A DNA stretch of 64,000 nucleotides from Clostridia bacterium (GTDB lineage Bacteria > Bacillota > Clostridia > UBA1212 > UBA1255), in assembly GCA_045546695.1 (NCBI GenBank), contig JAZQDE010000049.1, positions 7,288-71,287 on the forward strand, given 5' to 3'. Under the pieces are notes generated by a model. It searched no databases. It saw only the letters and a list, made by a program, of their open reading frames with translations, and had not been told where the DNA came from. Position numbers and translations under genes: made by a program. This document shows, piece by piece, positions 46,691 through 56,298 of the stretch (position 1 is its first letter; each line of letters starts with the position of its first letter).

Positions 46691-47545
46691 TTACCATGAG
46701 CCCTTGTAGCCAACGCCATATGTATCGGTATAATAATCAATCCTGTCATTGTCGGTGAAAACAGGTGGATAAATATTTTCATCGGGATTTATACCGGCAA
46801 GGACGCAGACAGCAGCGTGACTTCTTATGACAAGATCATCGATCTGCTCCCTAAAAGGTAAGTTCTCATCACGATAAAGAGGCGTGCCGATATTCAGAGT
46901 AAAGCGGGCTGCCTGACCGAATATTTTTTTGCGGATCCAGCCGGGCTTGCGATAAGAAAAAGCCATCGGTAGTAGTGGCACGTTGTTTTTACAGGCAAAA
47001 TATGCCGCGCCTGATGAAAAAGGGCGTATGGGCGCGTAATATTCCCACATACTGCCTTCAGCATAAACGTGAAGCCACCCATTATTTGCCAGTAAACCAT
47101 TAATCGCGCGCGTGTATGCGCGGGTAGCACTGACAGAGCCTTCGGGTATAGGAATCCCTCCTACATGACGGATAAGAGAACCCATTTCGCCATTTATATT
47201 GTCCTTCCATGTAAGAATGCGTGATTTGCGCGGTCTGATGGCATTCAATATTGCCAGATAATCCCACATATGAACGTGATTACAACATGAAACAACAGCA
47301 TTATTTTTGAGCTTTTTGATGTTTTCGCGGCCTTTTGTCCTGAGACCGAGGCGGACAACGGTAGCCGGCAACACGGCACACCTCAGAAGCACCCTCATAA
47401 GAAAATCCACAAACCGGAAACCCTTGCTGCTATCTATATATGGATAATCAGCATCAAAGACAATGCCACAATCCTTTTTTATCTTAAGATAGTGTCCGTT
47501 TGTTTTGGCTGTATATGGAAATTTGTCGGTTTTCGGATCAAACAC
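46691..47545 (-). CDS. lysophospholipid (1-acyl-sn-glycerol-3-phosphate) acyltransferase, PlsC family
   Basis: 284 aa. HX4D acyltransferase motif CNHVHMWD. Downstream are the PEG and IPIPEG-type motifs (GGIPIPEG). Confidence 0.8.
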   Translation of the reverse strand: MFDPKTDKFPYTAKTNGHYLKIKKDCGIVFDADYPYIDSSKGFRFVDFLMRVLLRCAVLPATVVRLGLRTKGRENIKKLKNNAVVSCCNHVHMWDYLAILNAIRPRKSRILTWKDNINGEMGSLIRHVGGIPIPEGSVSATRAYTRAINGLLANNGWLHVYAEGSMWEYYAPIRPFSSGAAYFACKNNVPLLPMAFSYRKPGWIRKKIFGQAARFTLNIGTPLYRDENLPFREQIDDLVIRSHAAVCVLAGINPDENIYPPVFTDNDRIDYYTDTYGVGYKGSW

Positions 47546-47600
47546 TTCCGCCCCACCTTTTAAACTATAAAATCCAGATTAATAATATCACGACAAAGCA

Positions 47601-47628
47601 AAAAAACCAAGTCATAAGACTTGGTTTT
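47601..47628 (-). terminator. rho-independent terminator downstream of tRNA-Tyr
   Basis: Minus strand: AAAAACCAAGTC-TTAT-GACTTGGTTTTT followed by T residues. It starts 2 nt after the tRNA 3' end. Confidence 0.6.
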
Positions 47629-47629
47629 T

Positions 47630-47711
47630 ATGGGAGATTGTGGATTCGAACCACAGAAGTCGTCGACAACAGATTTACAGTCTGCCCCCTTTGGCCGCTC
47701 GGGAAATCTCC
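47630..47711 (-). tRNA. tRNA-Tyr (anticodon GTA), type II with long variable arm
   Basis: Reverse complement: GGGAGAT TT CCCG AGCGGCCAAA GGGGG C AGACTGTAAATCT GTTGTCGACGACTTC TGTGG TTCGAATC CACA ATCTCCC A. It has a 7-bp acceptor stem, an anticodon loop with GTA and the GTTCGAATC T-loop. 82 nt. No 3' CCA is encoded. Confidence 0.9.
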
Positions 47712-47741
47712 CAGCTTCCGAAATATTCAATTTTCGGAACA

Positions 47742-47814
<73 letters not shown>

Positions 47815-47842
47815 CTTGTGCTTGTTTTCAAGCAACGTGTGA

Positions 47843-47871
47843 CATTATACCCACTTTTACGATGTCTGTCA
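47843..47871 (-). promoter_or_regulatory. consensus sigma-70 promoter of the tRNA-Thr/Tyr operon with an upstream A/T-rich UP-like element
   Basis: Minus strand: TTGACA (47866-47871), a 17-nt spacer, then TATAAT (47843-47848). It sits about 28 nt upstream of the tRNA-Thr 5' end. The preceding sequence is TAATTTTTAAAAATATTTTTAAATAG. Confidence 0.6.
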
Positions 47872-47892
47872 ACACCCTATTTAAAAATATTT

Positions 47893-49776
47893 TTAAAAAT
47901 TATCAGGCCATTTATCGAGGTTAAAATCGAAGCAAAGTGGCAGATGATCTGATGTTTTCCGGATAAAAGTCGGGTCAATTATGTCAAAGAAAACAGGCTC
48001 AATATCACCCATATAATAGATGTGGTCAATGGCCCTTTCGAGCTTCGCTTTTGTTGCACTTCCGATTGAATAATAGTACTCATAATATCTGTCATATTTT
48101 GGATATCCGCACGTTGTATTGCGTAAATCCGTAACCGGAGATGTGCGCTGCGCAGATTTAAATCCATATTCTTCCAGCTCCGTAAGAGCTATACGACCAT
48201 CATACAGTTCTTTAGTTGCAGTAAACTCCAGGTCTCTGTATGCGCTGTTGAGGTCTCCGCCGAGGATAACAGGCAAATTGGCATATTCCGGAACAGATTT
48301 AACTGTCTCCAGCACTTGCTTAAGCTCACGAATGTTGTCAAGACGTCCGGCCAGTGATCCGGCGAGATATCTGATGTCGTCTGTTTCATATTCAACGCCG
48401 TCTGCAGACTCTTTATCGGCATTATAATACAAATGCGTGTTCATCAGTATAAAACGCTTACCGGTCTGATTTACCTCCATAACAGCCCATATGACGCTCT
48501 TAGTAGCAGCCGGGGCTATTCTGGTGTCCTCCGGATAAACGTAGGTATATTGGTGATAGCCTGTCTCCAGTGCCGTCAGCACGTCGCTCTTGTAGAAAAA
48601 CGGCGTATAAAGCGGCATCGCGCCGGTCTCAACCTTCCCCTGCACGTATCCGAACTTTTTTATGTAGCCCGAAACGAGGTTGTACGCTTTTTCTTTGAAT
48701 TCCTGGAAAATCAATATATCCGCGTCAAATTCGTTATATATATCTCTTTGTATCCTATAGCGGCGTGTCGGATTTATGGTAGGCGTCCTGTCATTGCCAT
48801 ATACGTTGTGGTCAATAATTCTGAGCTCGCCTGTTTTGCCGAGAATGGCATTATTTTCCTTTTCGAACTTCTCAGTGAGATCTTCATTTACCTCCCACTC
48901 TCCTTCAAAGATGAACTCGTTGCCGGTGAAAAGCCTTTCACAGAGCTTCTCGTATGCTTCGTCATATGCATACGTCGAGCCGGCTGCGATATATACGTTG
49001 CTGTCTTTGATTGCAAGAGAATAATTGACAAGAGTCATTTCGTCAAGCAAGCCTGTCGCTTTGCCAACGTAAATTGCCTTGCCTGTTTCTTTGCCTTTAT
49101 CTTCTATTTCTAGAAAATGGCCGTACTTATTTGCTATTTCCTGTCTGATTACATGAGCAAGTTCTTCCTCGATAGTAGAACAATTTTCGTCGAGCACAAT
49201 GGCGTAATCCTTCATATCATTGCCATTTATTACCATTTTTCCAACAGTATACTCTCCCGTGAGCGCAGCCTCCATTGTATTGTTGAATTCAAGATATCTG
49301 TCGCGTTCAAACGTTGTCTCTTCAAGTGCGGTACAAAAAGCCTCCACAGCTTTTATTGTTGATTTAACGCTGCTACCTGTGATGACAATTTTTTTACCGG
49401 AGCGCTTTATAACGTAATCATTGAACATTAAAGGAGCTCTTGCTTCTTCGCTCTCGGGAAAAGTTGTGTCGCCTATGTATATTTCGTACATATCCTCTTC
49501 GTACAAAAGCGCCTGACGCACCTCAGCCGGTATCTGTGCGCCCGTCTTGTCGGCAATTATTGTACGGAGTTTTTCAACAGCGTCTTTAAGGTCCCAGTCT
49601 GCCTCGGATTCTTTTTCACAATATACGATTGAAAAACGAGTCACACCGTCTGACGCGATAGTGTACGCGTTGTCGTTGAAAACTTCATACGGCGGCTCCT
49701 GCGGCTCTGGTTTGCAGCCTGCCATTCCTGTTAACAATAATAAACCTGCCAATAACAATGCTGTAATTTTTTTCAT
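47893..49776 (-). CDS. exported lipoprotein with a C-terminal endonuclease/exonuclease/phosphatase (EEP) family domain
   Basis: The MKKITALLLAGLLLLTGMAGC start (lipobox) is at 49776. The upstream 24 codons are an ORF extension. The C-terminal half has EEP motifs (RIIDHNVYGN ... ADILIFQEF ... ILMNTHL ... GGDLNS). Confidence 0.75.
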   Translation of the reverse strand: MKKITALLLAGLLLLTGMAGCKPEPQEPPYEVFNDNAYTIASDGVTRFSIVYCEKESEADWDLKDAVEKLRTIIADKTGAQIPAEVRQALLYEEDMYEIYIGDTTFPESEEARAPLMFNDYVIKRSGKKIVITGSSVKSTIKAVEAFCTALEETTFERDRYLEFNNTMEAALTGEYTVGKMVINGNDMKDYAIVLDENCSTIEEELAHVIRQEIANKYGHFLEIEDKGKETGKAIYVGKATGLLDEMTLVNYSLAIKDSNVYIAAGSTYAYDEAYEKLCERLFTGNEFIFEGEWEVNEDLTEKFEKENNAILGKTGELRIIDHNVYGNDRTPTINPTRRYRIQRDIYNEFDADILIFQEFKEKAYNLVSGYIKKFGYVQGKVETGAMPLYTPFFYKSDVLTALETGYHQYTYVYPEDTRIAPAATKSVIWAVMEVNQTGKRFILMNTHLYYNADKESADGVEYETDDIRYLAGSLAGRLDNIRELKQVLETVKSVPEYANLPVILGGDLNSAYRDLEFTATKELYDGRIALTELEEYGFKSAQRTSPVTDLRNTTCGYPKYDRYYEYYYSIGSATKAKLERAIDHIYYMGDIEPVFFDIIDPTFIRKTSDHLPLCFDFNLDKWPDNF

Positions 49777-49845
49777 AATATTTCTCTTTCCGGCGAAAAT
49801 TCTTTGTCTAATAGTAGAGATAAACGAAACGGATGTCAATATTTT

Positions 49846-49877
49846 CAAAAAAAAACTCCCGGTGAAAAAGCCGGGAG
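49846..49877 (-). terminator. rho-independent terminator of the 49897-51165 surface-protein gene
   Basis: Minus strand: AGACTCCCGGC-TTTTT-CACCGGGAG followed by T9. Confidence 0.6.
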
Positions 49878-49896
49878 TCTGAGTTAAAAAGCAATA

Positions 49897-51165
49897 TTAT
49901 CTCTTTTTCTTGAGAACTACGCATGCTGCAAGGATCATTGCAACGTGAGCGATAACTGCTGATGAGCCGCAGCCGCCTTCTTCTTCCTTAGCCGGAGCCT
50001 GGATAGGAGCTGCTGTCGGAGCCTCTGTCGGAGCCTCTGTCGGAGCTTCAGTCGGAGCTACTGTAGGCTCAACTGGAGGTTCAACTGTAGGCTCAGGTGT
50101 AGCGTTCGGATCTTCAAACTCTGTGCCTGATTCAACAAACTGTGCACCTGCTTCTGCAATAAGTGAGAACCATAAATGACGACCCTGTGGGTTACGGTTT
50201 GTAGCATTTGTCCATTTCTGGAAATATAATTCGTTTTCAGTTTCATCCTCGTATAATATCGGACCTGTACCGATCCACAGCTGTGGGCTACCTGCCTCTA
50301 CGGGATCAAATGTCTCAGTAACCTGGAGAACTAATAAGTATTCGCCTGCAGGAATAGGTTCATCGAATGTACATACACAGTACTGGTTTGTATCAGATGA
50401 AAATTCTTCTGTGGAAGAAACCGGATCTTCATCATATTCAAAAGCGCCCGGGTTTGAACCATAGTTCTTATCGCCCCAGTCTTCATCATACGGATAAATC
50501 TCAACTGTAAAGGTAACGCCGCCATTTGGACGCATTACCTGGAATGCTATTTCCTGGAAAGCGCCGGAAACTGTAAAGTGCTGTGCATAATACTGGCCTA
50601 CGCCTGTGCCCATAACGACAGCCGTGCTATAGTGATTTGTAGTAGAGTCAAGAGAAACAGGTGACAGTGAAACCTTTGTTCCCTCAGGGAATGCTTCGCC
50701 ATAATAAGAAATAGTCGGAGCCTTTACGTTTATACCTGACTCAATGAGGTTGATACTGAACTTATATGTACCGGCTTCTTCAACCTTAAAATACAACTTA
50801 TGGTCTGTGTATGTTGTCCAGTTGCCTGCTGCGGCAAAACCATTTACAACGCTCTGCGGAGCACCGTTGATAGAGCAACCAACCTTACCTGCGCCCGCAT
50901 TTGAGCAAATAGGTGTAACAGCTTCGTAAACGCCCGGTTTGCTTACCGTAATTTCCCATGAAATTTCGTCAAGAGCTGTAATATAACCAAAGTTACCGCC
51001 TTCTTCAAGTTTGAGCTGACCATTTTTAATGGATGTAAGTGTTGCCGCATTCGGATCAAGTGCTACAGAACCTTCTGCAGGAATCTCAACTGCTGCGTTA
51101 GATGTTATAGCAAACATACTGATAAGCATACATGCCACAACTATAAAAAGTGTTAATTTCTTCAT
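49897..51165 (-). CDS. cell-surface protein with a Pro/Thr/Glu/Ala-rich linker and a C-terminal hydrophobic anchor
   Basis: 422 aa. Signal peptide MKKLTLFIVVACMLISMFAITSNA. The body is beta-rich (CBM-like). The C-terminus is EPTVEPPVEPTVAPTEAPTEAPTEAPTAAP...GGCGSSAVIAHVAMILAACVVLKKKR. The DNA carries a 15-nt tandem repeat, 3 copies, at 49981-50041. Confidence 0.7.
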   Translation of the reverse strand: MKKLTLFIVVACMLISMFAITSNAAVEIPAEGSVALDPNAATLTSIKNGQLKLEEGGNFGYITALDEISWEITVSKPGVYEAVTPICSNAGAGKVGCSINGAPQSVVNGFAAAGNWTTYTDHKLYFKVEEAGTYKFSINLIESGINVKAPTISYYGEAFPEGTKVSLSPVSLDSTTNHYSTAVVMGTGVGQYYAQHFTVSGAFQEIAFQVMRPNGGVTFTVEIYPYDEDWGDKNYGSNPGAFEYDEDPVSSTEEFSSDTNQYCVCTFDEPIPAGEYLLVLQVTETFDPVEAGSPQLWIGTGPILYEDETENELYFQKWTNATNRNPQGRHLWFSLIAEAGAQFVESGTEFEDPNATPEPTVEPPVEPTVAPTEAPTEAPTEAPTAAPIQAPAKEEEGGCGSSAVIAHVAMILAACVVLKKKR

Positions 51166-51219
51166 ATTATCCTCCTAGGTTATTTTATTCACAAATAATA
51201 CTCCAGATTCAGATTTGTG

Positions 51220-51945
51220 TCAATAATTTTCAGTATTGCCTGTAAAAGCAAACCGCCCGTCAAGGCACTTTGCCATCTGGAAAGTTTTACTGTTTTCGTA
51301 AGCTTTATCAACAAAAATCATCTTCTCAAATCCATTTTCCGGATTCTTTACCACGTGGATTTCTTCATACATATCAGCCATCTGCCACATATCCCCGATT
51401 GTTTTTTTGAAATACCCGTCTTTGGCATTTTTTTCATAACAGTCGAGCAATTTACAAGCAAGGTCTTCTGTCATATCGCTGCTCGTGTATATGGTAATAT
51501 TTGCCTTCTCTTCTTCGGTGAAAAACGCCGCCGGGCAGTACTCAGAGTAAGTTTCAAAGCCACTTTTTTCGTAAAAGGCAGGTATTTCAGTAGAAAGCTG
51601 AAGTACAGACAGCGCTTTGTTTTCACCATAATAATCAGACAGATAATCCATTATTTTCCGGCTGATACCCTGCCCTCTGAAGGCAGAATGAGTACATACA
51701 CCGACAATAAAGCCTGAGCTTACAAGCGACTTTTTATTGTCATAATATGTCTTTTGAGGAATGACGTTTATCATTGAAACAAGTGACTTTTCATCAAAAG
51801 CAGCAAAGCATACGGCGTCGTCCGCAATAAGACGATGGCTGATATAATAGTCAATAAATTCAGCATCGTCTTCCGGAAAACAAGCCAGCCATAATGCTGC
51901 TATTTGAGGGCGGTATTCATTTATGTCAATAATTCTGATATCCAT
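51220..51945 (-). CDS. GNAT-family N-acetyltransferase
   Basis: The start is MDIRIIDINEYRPQIAALW. The acetyl-CoA binding region is VCTHSAFRGQGISRKIMD (Q/RxxGxG/A pattern). The upstream 17 codons are an ORF extension. Confidence 0.75.
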   Translation of the reverse strand: MDIRIIDINEYRPQIAALWLACFPEDDAEFIDYYISHRLIADDAVCFAAFDEKSLVSMINVIPQKTYYDNKKSLVSSGFIVGVCTHSAFRGQGISRKIMDYLSDYYGENKALSVLQLSTEIPAFYEKSGFETYSEYCPAAFFTEEEKANITIYTSSDMTEDLACKLLDCYEKNAKDGYFKKTIGDMWQMADMYEEIHVVKNPENGFEKMIFVDKAYENSKTFQMAKCLDGRFAFTGNTENY

Positions 51946-51963
51946 TGAAAAAATCCTTTGTAT

Positions 51964-51994
51964 AAAAAAAACAGGCAGCATGAATGCTGCCTGC
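51964..51994 (-). terminator. rho-independent terminator of hydCBA
   Basis: Minus strand: CAGGCAGCA-TTCA-TGCTGCCTG followed by T8. It lies 12 nt past the hydA stop. Confidence 0.65.
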
Positions 51995-52005
51995 ATAAAG
52001 TGCGA

Positions 52006-53769
52006 TTATTTAAATCTCTTCTTTGTTTCATAAGTTGTGTGCAGAAGCTCGTGAGCTTTGTGTGAATTAGGAGCTCCGAGGTAGTCTTCGTACAACTTCT
52101 GAATCTGAACGTTGTTGTGTGACTGTCTGATTGCCTGACGCTCGTCTTCGCTGTAAAGAGCCTGAGCACGTTTTGCTTTGAATGTGTCAAGAATGTCAGG
52201 ATCTTCGTTAGGAAGGAAGCAAGGCTTAACGTAAGGCTGTCCGCCACCTGCGATACATCCGCCGGGGCATCCCATGATTTCGATGAACGTGTATTTTGAT
52301 GTGCCTGCACGGATCTCATCGAGGAGAACTTTTGCGTTCTTCATGCCTGATGCAACAGCAACGTTGATAACTTTACCTTCGATATCGATTGAAGCTTCTT
52401 TGATACCCTCAAGGCCACGAACCTGCTCAAATTTGATGAGCTCGTGCTCTTTGCCTGTAAGAGCGTGATATGCTGTACGTAGTGCTGCTTCCATAACTCC
52501 GCCTGTTACGCCGAAGATAACGCCTGCGCCTGTGTAGTCGCCGAGTAAGTCAGCGTCAAATTCTTCATCAGGAAGAGCGTTGAAGTTGATACCTGAACGT
52601 TTGATAAGGTCGCCGAGCTCACGTGTTGTGAGTACTGCATCAACGTCAGCGATACCATCTTTCTGGAGCTGGTCTCTTACTGCCTCGCCTTTTTTAGCTG
52701 TACAAGGCATAATTGATACTACGAAGATATCCTTAGGATCGAGGTTGTTCTTTTCAGCGAAATATGACTTAACGATTGCGCCCATCATCTCGTGAGGAGA
52801 CTTGCATGATGAGAGGTGGTCGAGCTGGTCGCCATAGTAGAACTCAGCGTAGTTAACCCATCCCGGTGAGCATGACGTAATCATAGGAAGCACGCCGCCA
52901 TTCTGGATTCTGTCGAGAAGCTCTGTAGCTTCTTCCATAATAGTAAGGTCAGCTGCAAAGTTTGTGTCATATACTTTGTTGAAGCCAAGACGCTTGAGAG
53001 CTGCAACCATCTTACCTGTTACAGGAGTACCGATCTTCATGCCGAACTCTTCGCCAAGAGCTGCACGTACTGCCGGAGCTGTCTGAACAACGATATATTT
53101 TCCTGCCTTTTTAGCAGCGTCAATCTTGGAAATTTCTGATTTTTCCATAAGAGCGCCTGTAGGACATACGTTTACGCACTGGCCGCACATGATACAAGGA
53201 GATGTATTAAATGAGCGGTTGCCTGCAGGAGCAACGATTGTTGAAAAACCACGGTTTTCAAAGCCGAGCACACCAAGGCCGTGAGCGTTTGCACATCTTG
53301 CTACGCAGCGACCGCAAAGGATACATTTTGATGTATCACGGATGATTGCAGGTGAAATCTCATCAACAGTAACAGGTGTCTTTGAACCGATATATTTGTT
53401 TTCTCTTGCGCCTGTGATCTTGGCAACGTGAAGAAGCTCACATTTACCATTTTTGTCACACTGCTGGCAGTTAAGAGAGTGGTTTGAAAGGAGAAGTTCA
53501 ACAGATGCTCTACGTGCTTCTACAGCCTTGGGAGAAGAAATTGTAATTTCCATACCCTCAGCTACAGGATATACGCAAGATGCAACGAGGCCACGTGCGC
53601 CGGTTGCTTCTACGAGACATACACGGCAAGAACCTTTTGAACATTCACCATGATTGTATGCGCAAAGAGAAGGAATCTCGTAGCCGCAAAGCTTTGCAGC
53701 TTCAAGAATTGTAAGACCTTCTTCTACCTGATAGGGATAACCTTCAATTTTAATGTTTACTAATGCCAT
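52006..53769 (-). CDS. hydA: [FeFe] hydrogenase catalytic subunit (bifurcating HydA / HndD type)
   Basis: 587 aa. The N-terminal domain is 2Fe-2S ferredoxin-like (CAYNHGECSKGSCRVC). There are two 4Fe-4S ferredoxin motifs. The H-cluster motifs TSCSPGW, MPCTAKK and EIMGCPGGC are present. A C-terminal extension follows. Confidence 0.9.
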   Translation of the reverse strand: MALVNIKIEGYPYQVEEGLTILEAAKLCGYEIPSLCAYNHGECSKGSCRVCLVEATGARGLVASCVYPVAEGMEITISSPKAVEARRASVELLLSNHSLNCQQCDKNGKCELLHVAKITGARENKYIGSKTPVTVDEISPAIIRDTSKCILCGRCVARCANAHGLGVLGFENRGFSTIVAPAGNRSFNTSPCIMCGQCVNVCPTGALMEKSEISKIDAAKKAGKYIVVQTAPAVRAALGEEFGMKIGTPVTGKMVAALKRLGFNKVYDTNFAADLTIMEEATELLDRIQNGGVLPMITSCSPGWVNYAEFYYGDQLDHLSSCKSPHEMMGAIVKSYFAEKNNLDPKDIFVVSIMPCTAKKGEAVRDQLQKDGIADVDAVLTTRELGDLIKRSGINFNALPDEEFDADLLGDYTGAGVIFGVTGGVMEAALRTAYHALTGKEHELIKFEQVRGLEGIKEASIDIEGKVINVAVASGMKNAKVLLDEIRAGTSKYTFIEIMGCPGGCIAGGGQPYVKPCFLPNEDPDILDTFKAKRAQALYSEDERQAIRQSHNNVQIQKLYEDYLGAPNSHKAHELLHTTYETKKRFK

Positions 53770-53786
53770 TATAGTTTACCCTCCTA

Positions 53787-55658
53787 TTATTCTTTAATTA
53801 TTGCATTGAACTTACAGCTTGATACGCACATGCCGCACTTGATACACTTGCTCTGGTCAATTACGAAAGGACTCTTTACAACGCCTGAGATAGCGTTTAC
53901 AGGACACTTACGTGAGCAAAGTGAGCAGCCCTTACAAAGTTCAGGAACAATCTTGTACTGCATGAGGTTCTTACAAACTTTAGCAGGACATTTCTTTTCC
54001 TGGATATGAGCAATATACTCATTTCTGAAGTGCTTGAGTGTAGACATTACGGGGTTTGCAGCTGTCTGACCGAGAGCGCAAAGAGAATTTGCTTTGATAG
54101 TAGCAGCAAGTTCTTCTAACTCTTCGAGGTCTTCCATAGTACCATTACCGTCTGTAATCTTGTTGAGGATCTCAAGAAGACGCTTTGTACCGATACGGCA
54201 AGGTGAGCATTTACCGCAAGACTCGTCACAAATAAATTCCATGTAGAATTTAGCAACGTCAACCATACAGTTGTCTTCGTCCATTACGATAGCGCCGCCT
54301 GAACCCATCATTGAGCCTTTAGCTGACAGTGAGTCGAAGTCGATTGGCTCATCATAGAATTCTTCTGTAAGACATCCGCCTGAAGGGCCGCCTGTCTGGA
54401 TGGCCTTAAACTTCTTACCGTTGGGAATACCGCCGCCGATATCATAAATAAGTTCGCGAAGAGTTGTTCCCATAGGAATCTCAACAAGACCTACGTTGTT
54501 TACTTTACCGCCGAGCGCGAATACTTTTGTACCCTTTGACTTCTCTGTACCATACTGTGTAAATGACTCAACGCCATTGCGCAGAATATAAGGTACACAA
54601 GCGAGTGTCTCAACGTTGTTAACAATCGTGGGCTTCTCCCATAAACCTTTAACTGCCGGGAACGGAGGTCTTGGACGAGGCATACCACGCATACCTTCGA
54701 TTGAGTTAAGGAGGGCTGTCTCTTCTCCGCATACGAATGCACCTGCAACAAGACGGACATGTAAATCAAAGTTAAAGCCCGTACCTAAGATATTCTCACC
54801 GAGAAGGCCTTCTGCTCTTGCCTCTTCAATAGCAAGTCTAAGACGCTTAACTGCGATAGGATATTCTGCACGAACGTAGAAGTAGCCGTTGCTGGCACCG
54901 ATTGCGTATCCGGCAATTGCCATACCCTCGATAACTGCAAGCGGGTTACCTTCGAAAATAGAACGATCCATGAATGCGCCCGGGTCACCTTCGTCACCAT
55001 TACAAACAACGTATTTCTCGTCGCTCTTCTGGTTGTAGGCAAACTGCCATTTTCTGCCGGTCGGGAATCCGCCGCCGCCACGGCCACGCAAACCTGAATC
55101 AAGGATTGTATTGATAACTTCCTGAGGCTCCATTGTCAGAGCTTTAGCGAGGCCGGCAAATGCGCCCCAGCCAAATGCTTCATCAATGCATTCAGGATCG
55201 ATTGTACCGCAACCGCTAAGAGCGATACGGTGCTGTTTTTTATAGAATGTAATATCATCCTGTTTTTGTACTTTTTCGCCTGTAACAGGATCAACGTAAA
55301 GGAGTCTTTCTACAACTTCACCGCCGATAAGATCTTTTTCAACAATCTCATCAACGTCATCAATTGAAACCATTCTGTAAAGGGTATCTTCCGGGAAAAT
55401 TTTTACGAAAGGTCCTTGTGAACAGAAACCGAAACAGCCGGCCTGGTTAACTGAAATCTTATCACTAAGGCCTTTTGCTGCGATTGTTTCCTTTAACTTT
55501 GCCATAATCTCTGCAGAATTTGAAGAAAGACAGCCTGTACCGCCGCAGAGAACTATTGCTCTCTTGCCGTCTTTACCTTCGAATTTGTCAGCAAGCTTAG
55601 CAGCACAGCTTTCTATTCTTTGTCTGAGTTCTTCAGGTGTTTTTATCATTTTAGCCAT
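53787..55658 (-). CDS. hydB: NADH-binding flavoprotein subunit of the bifurcating hydrogenase (NuoF-like, HydB/HndC)
   Basis: 623 aa. An N-terminal thioredoxin-like 2Fe-2S domain is followed by the NuoF FMN/NADH core (GRGGGGFPTGRKW, CNGDEGDPGAF). A 4Fe-4S motif is ESCGKCSPCR. The C-terminus has 2x CxxCxxCxxxCP. Confidence 0.9.
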   Translation of the reverse strand: MAKMIKTPEELRQRIESCAAKLADKFEGKDGKRAIVLCGGTGCLSSNSAEIMAKLKETIAAKGLSDKISVNQAGCFGFCSQGPFVKIFPEDTLYRMVSIDDVDEIVEKDLIGGEVVERLLYVDPVTGEKVQKQDDITFYKKQHRIALSGCGTIDPECIDEAFGWGAFAGLAKALTMEPQEVINTILDSGLRGRGGGGFPTGRKWQFAYNQKSDEKYVVCNGDEGDPGAFMDRSIFEGNPLAVIEGMAIAGYAIGASNGYFYVRAEYPIAVKRLRLAIEEARAEGLLGENILGTGFNFDLHVRLVAGAFVCGEETALLNSIEGMRGMPRPRPPFPAVKGLWEKPTIVNNVETLACVPYILRNGVESFTQYGTEKSKGTKVFALGGKVNNVGLVEIPMGTTLRELIYDIGGGIPNGKKFKAIQTGGPSGGCLTEEFYDEPIDFDSLSAKGSMMGSGGAIVMDEDNCMVDVAKFYMEFICDESCGKCSPCRIGTKRLLEILNKITDGNGTMEDLEELEELAATIKANSLCALGQTAANPVMSTLKHFRNEYIAHIQEKKCPAKVCKNLMQYKIVPELCKGCSLCSRKCPVNAISGVVKSPFVIDQSKCIKCGMCVSSCKFNAIIKE

Positions 55659-55675
55659 TTCCTTTCATATAATAA

Positions 55676-56152
55676 TTAAGCATTCTTGTATGATTCAATA
55701 ATGCCGGGAACGTCAGAAACTTTAACCTTTGGATATACCTTACCATTTATTGTAACAGCGGGAGCGATACCGCAAGCACCGATACAACGAAGAGCATCCA
55801 GAGTGAAAAGTCCGTCAGCTGTTGTCTCGCCCGGTTTGATACCGAGAACTTCTGCAAACTTATCGAGAACAGGGCCTGCACCCTTTACGTAGCAAGCAGT
55901 ACCGAGACATACACCGATAATGTACTTGCCCTTTGGTTCAAGGGAGAAGAAAGAATAAAATGTTACTACACCGTAAATATCAGCAACTGATACGCCGATT
56001 TCTTCAGATACGATCTCTTGTACTTCCAGCGGAATATAACCGAATTCATTCTGGATATCACTGAGAATCATCATAAGGGGCGTATTTTCAGATGCATACG
56101 ATGCACAAATCTCACGAATACGCGCAACTGCCTTTTCATTAATGTGAGCCAT
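55676..56152 (-). CDS. hydC: NuoE-like 2Fe-2S subunit of the bifurcating hydrogenase (HydC)
   Basis: The start MAHINEK is at 56152, with AGGAGG 6 nt upstream. The longer 56179 ORF start lacks an RBS. The thioredoxin-like [2Fe-2S] ligands are CLGTACY...CIGACG. Confidence 0.85.
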   Translation of the reverse strand: MAHINEKAVARIREICASYASENTPLMMILSDIQNEFGYIPLEVQEIVSEEIGVSVADIYGVVTFYSFFSLEPKGKYIIGVCLGTACYVKGAGPVLDKFAEVLGIKPGETTADGLFTLDALRCIGACGIAPAVTINGKVYPKVKVSDVPGIIESYKNA

Positions 56153-56248
56153 ATGAAGCCTCCTGTTTAAGTAATTCATAATAAGACGCGTGAAAAGTTA
56201 TGCGCGACCAAAAAAGAGGCGTGCATAACAACCACAAATCCGTGGTTC

Positions 56249-56276
56249 ATTATAACACACCTCTTGTTTTTTGCAA
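56249..56276 (-). promoter_or_regulatory. possible extended -10 promoter for hydCBA
   Basis: Minus strand: TTGCAA (56271-56276), a 15-nt spacer, TG at 56257-56258, then TTATAAT (56249-56255). The spacing is suboptimal. Confidence 0.3.
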
Positions 56277-56298
56277 CATGATTTTAGAGTGGTCTCTA

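Noticed and set aside
56180-56298. Full Rex operator in the hydCBA leader
   Set aside because: Only a half-site-like GTGAAAA is present. No inverted partner lies within 6-10 nt. It is retained only as a shared-motif observation.
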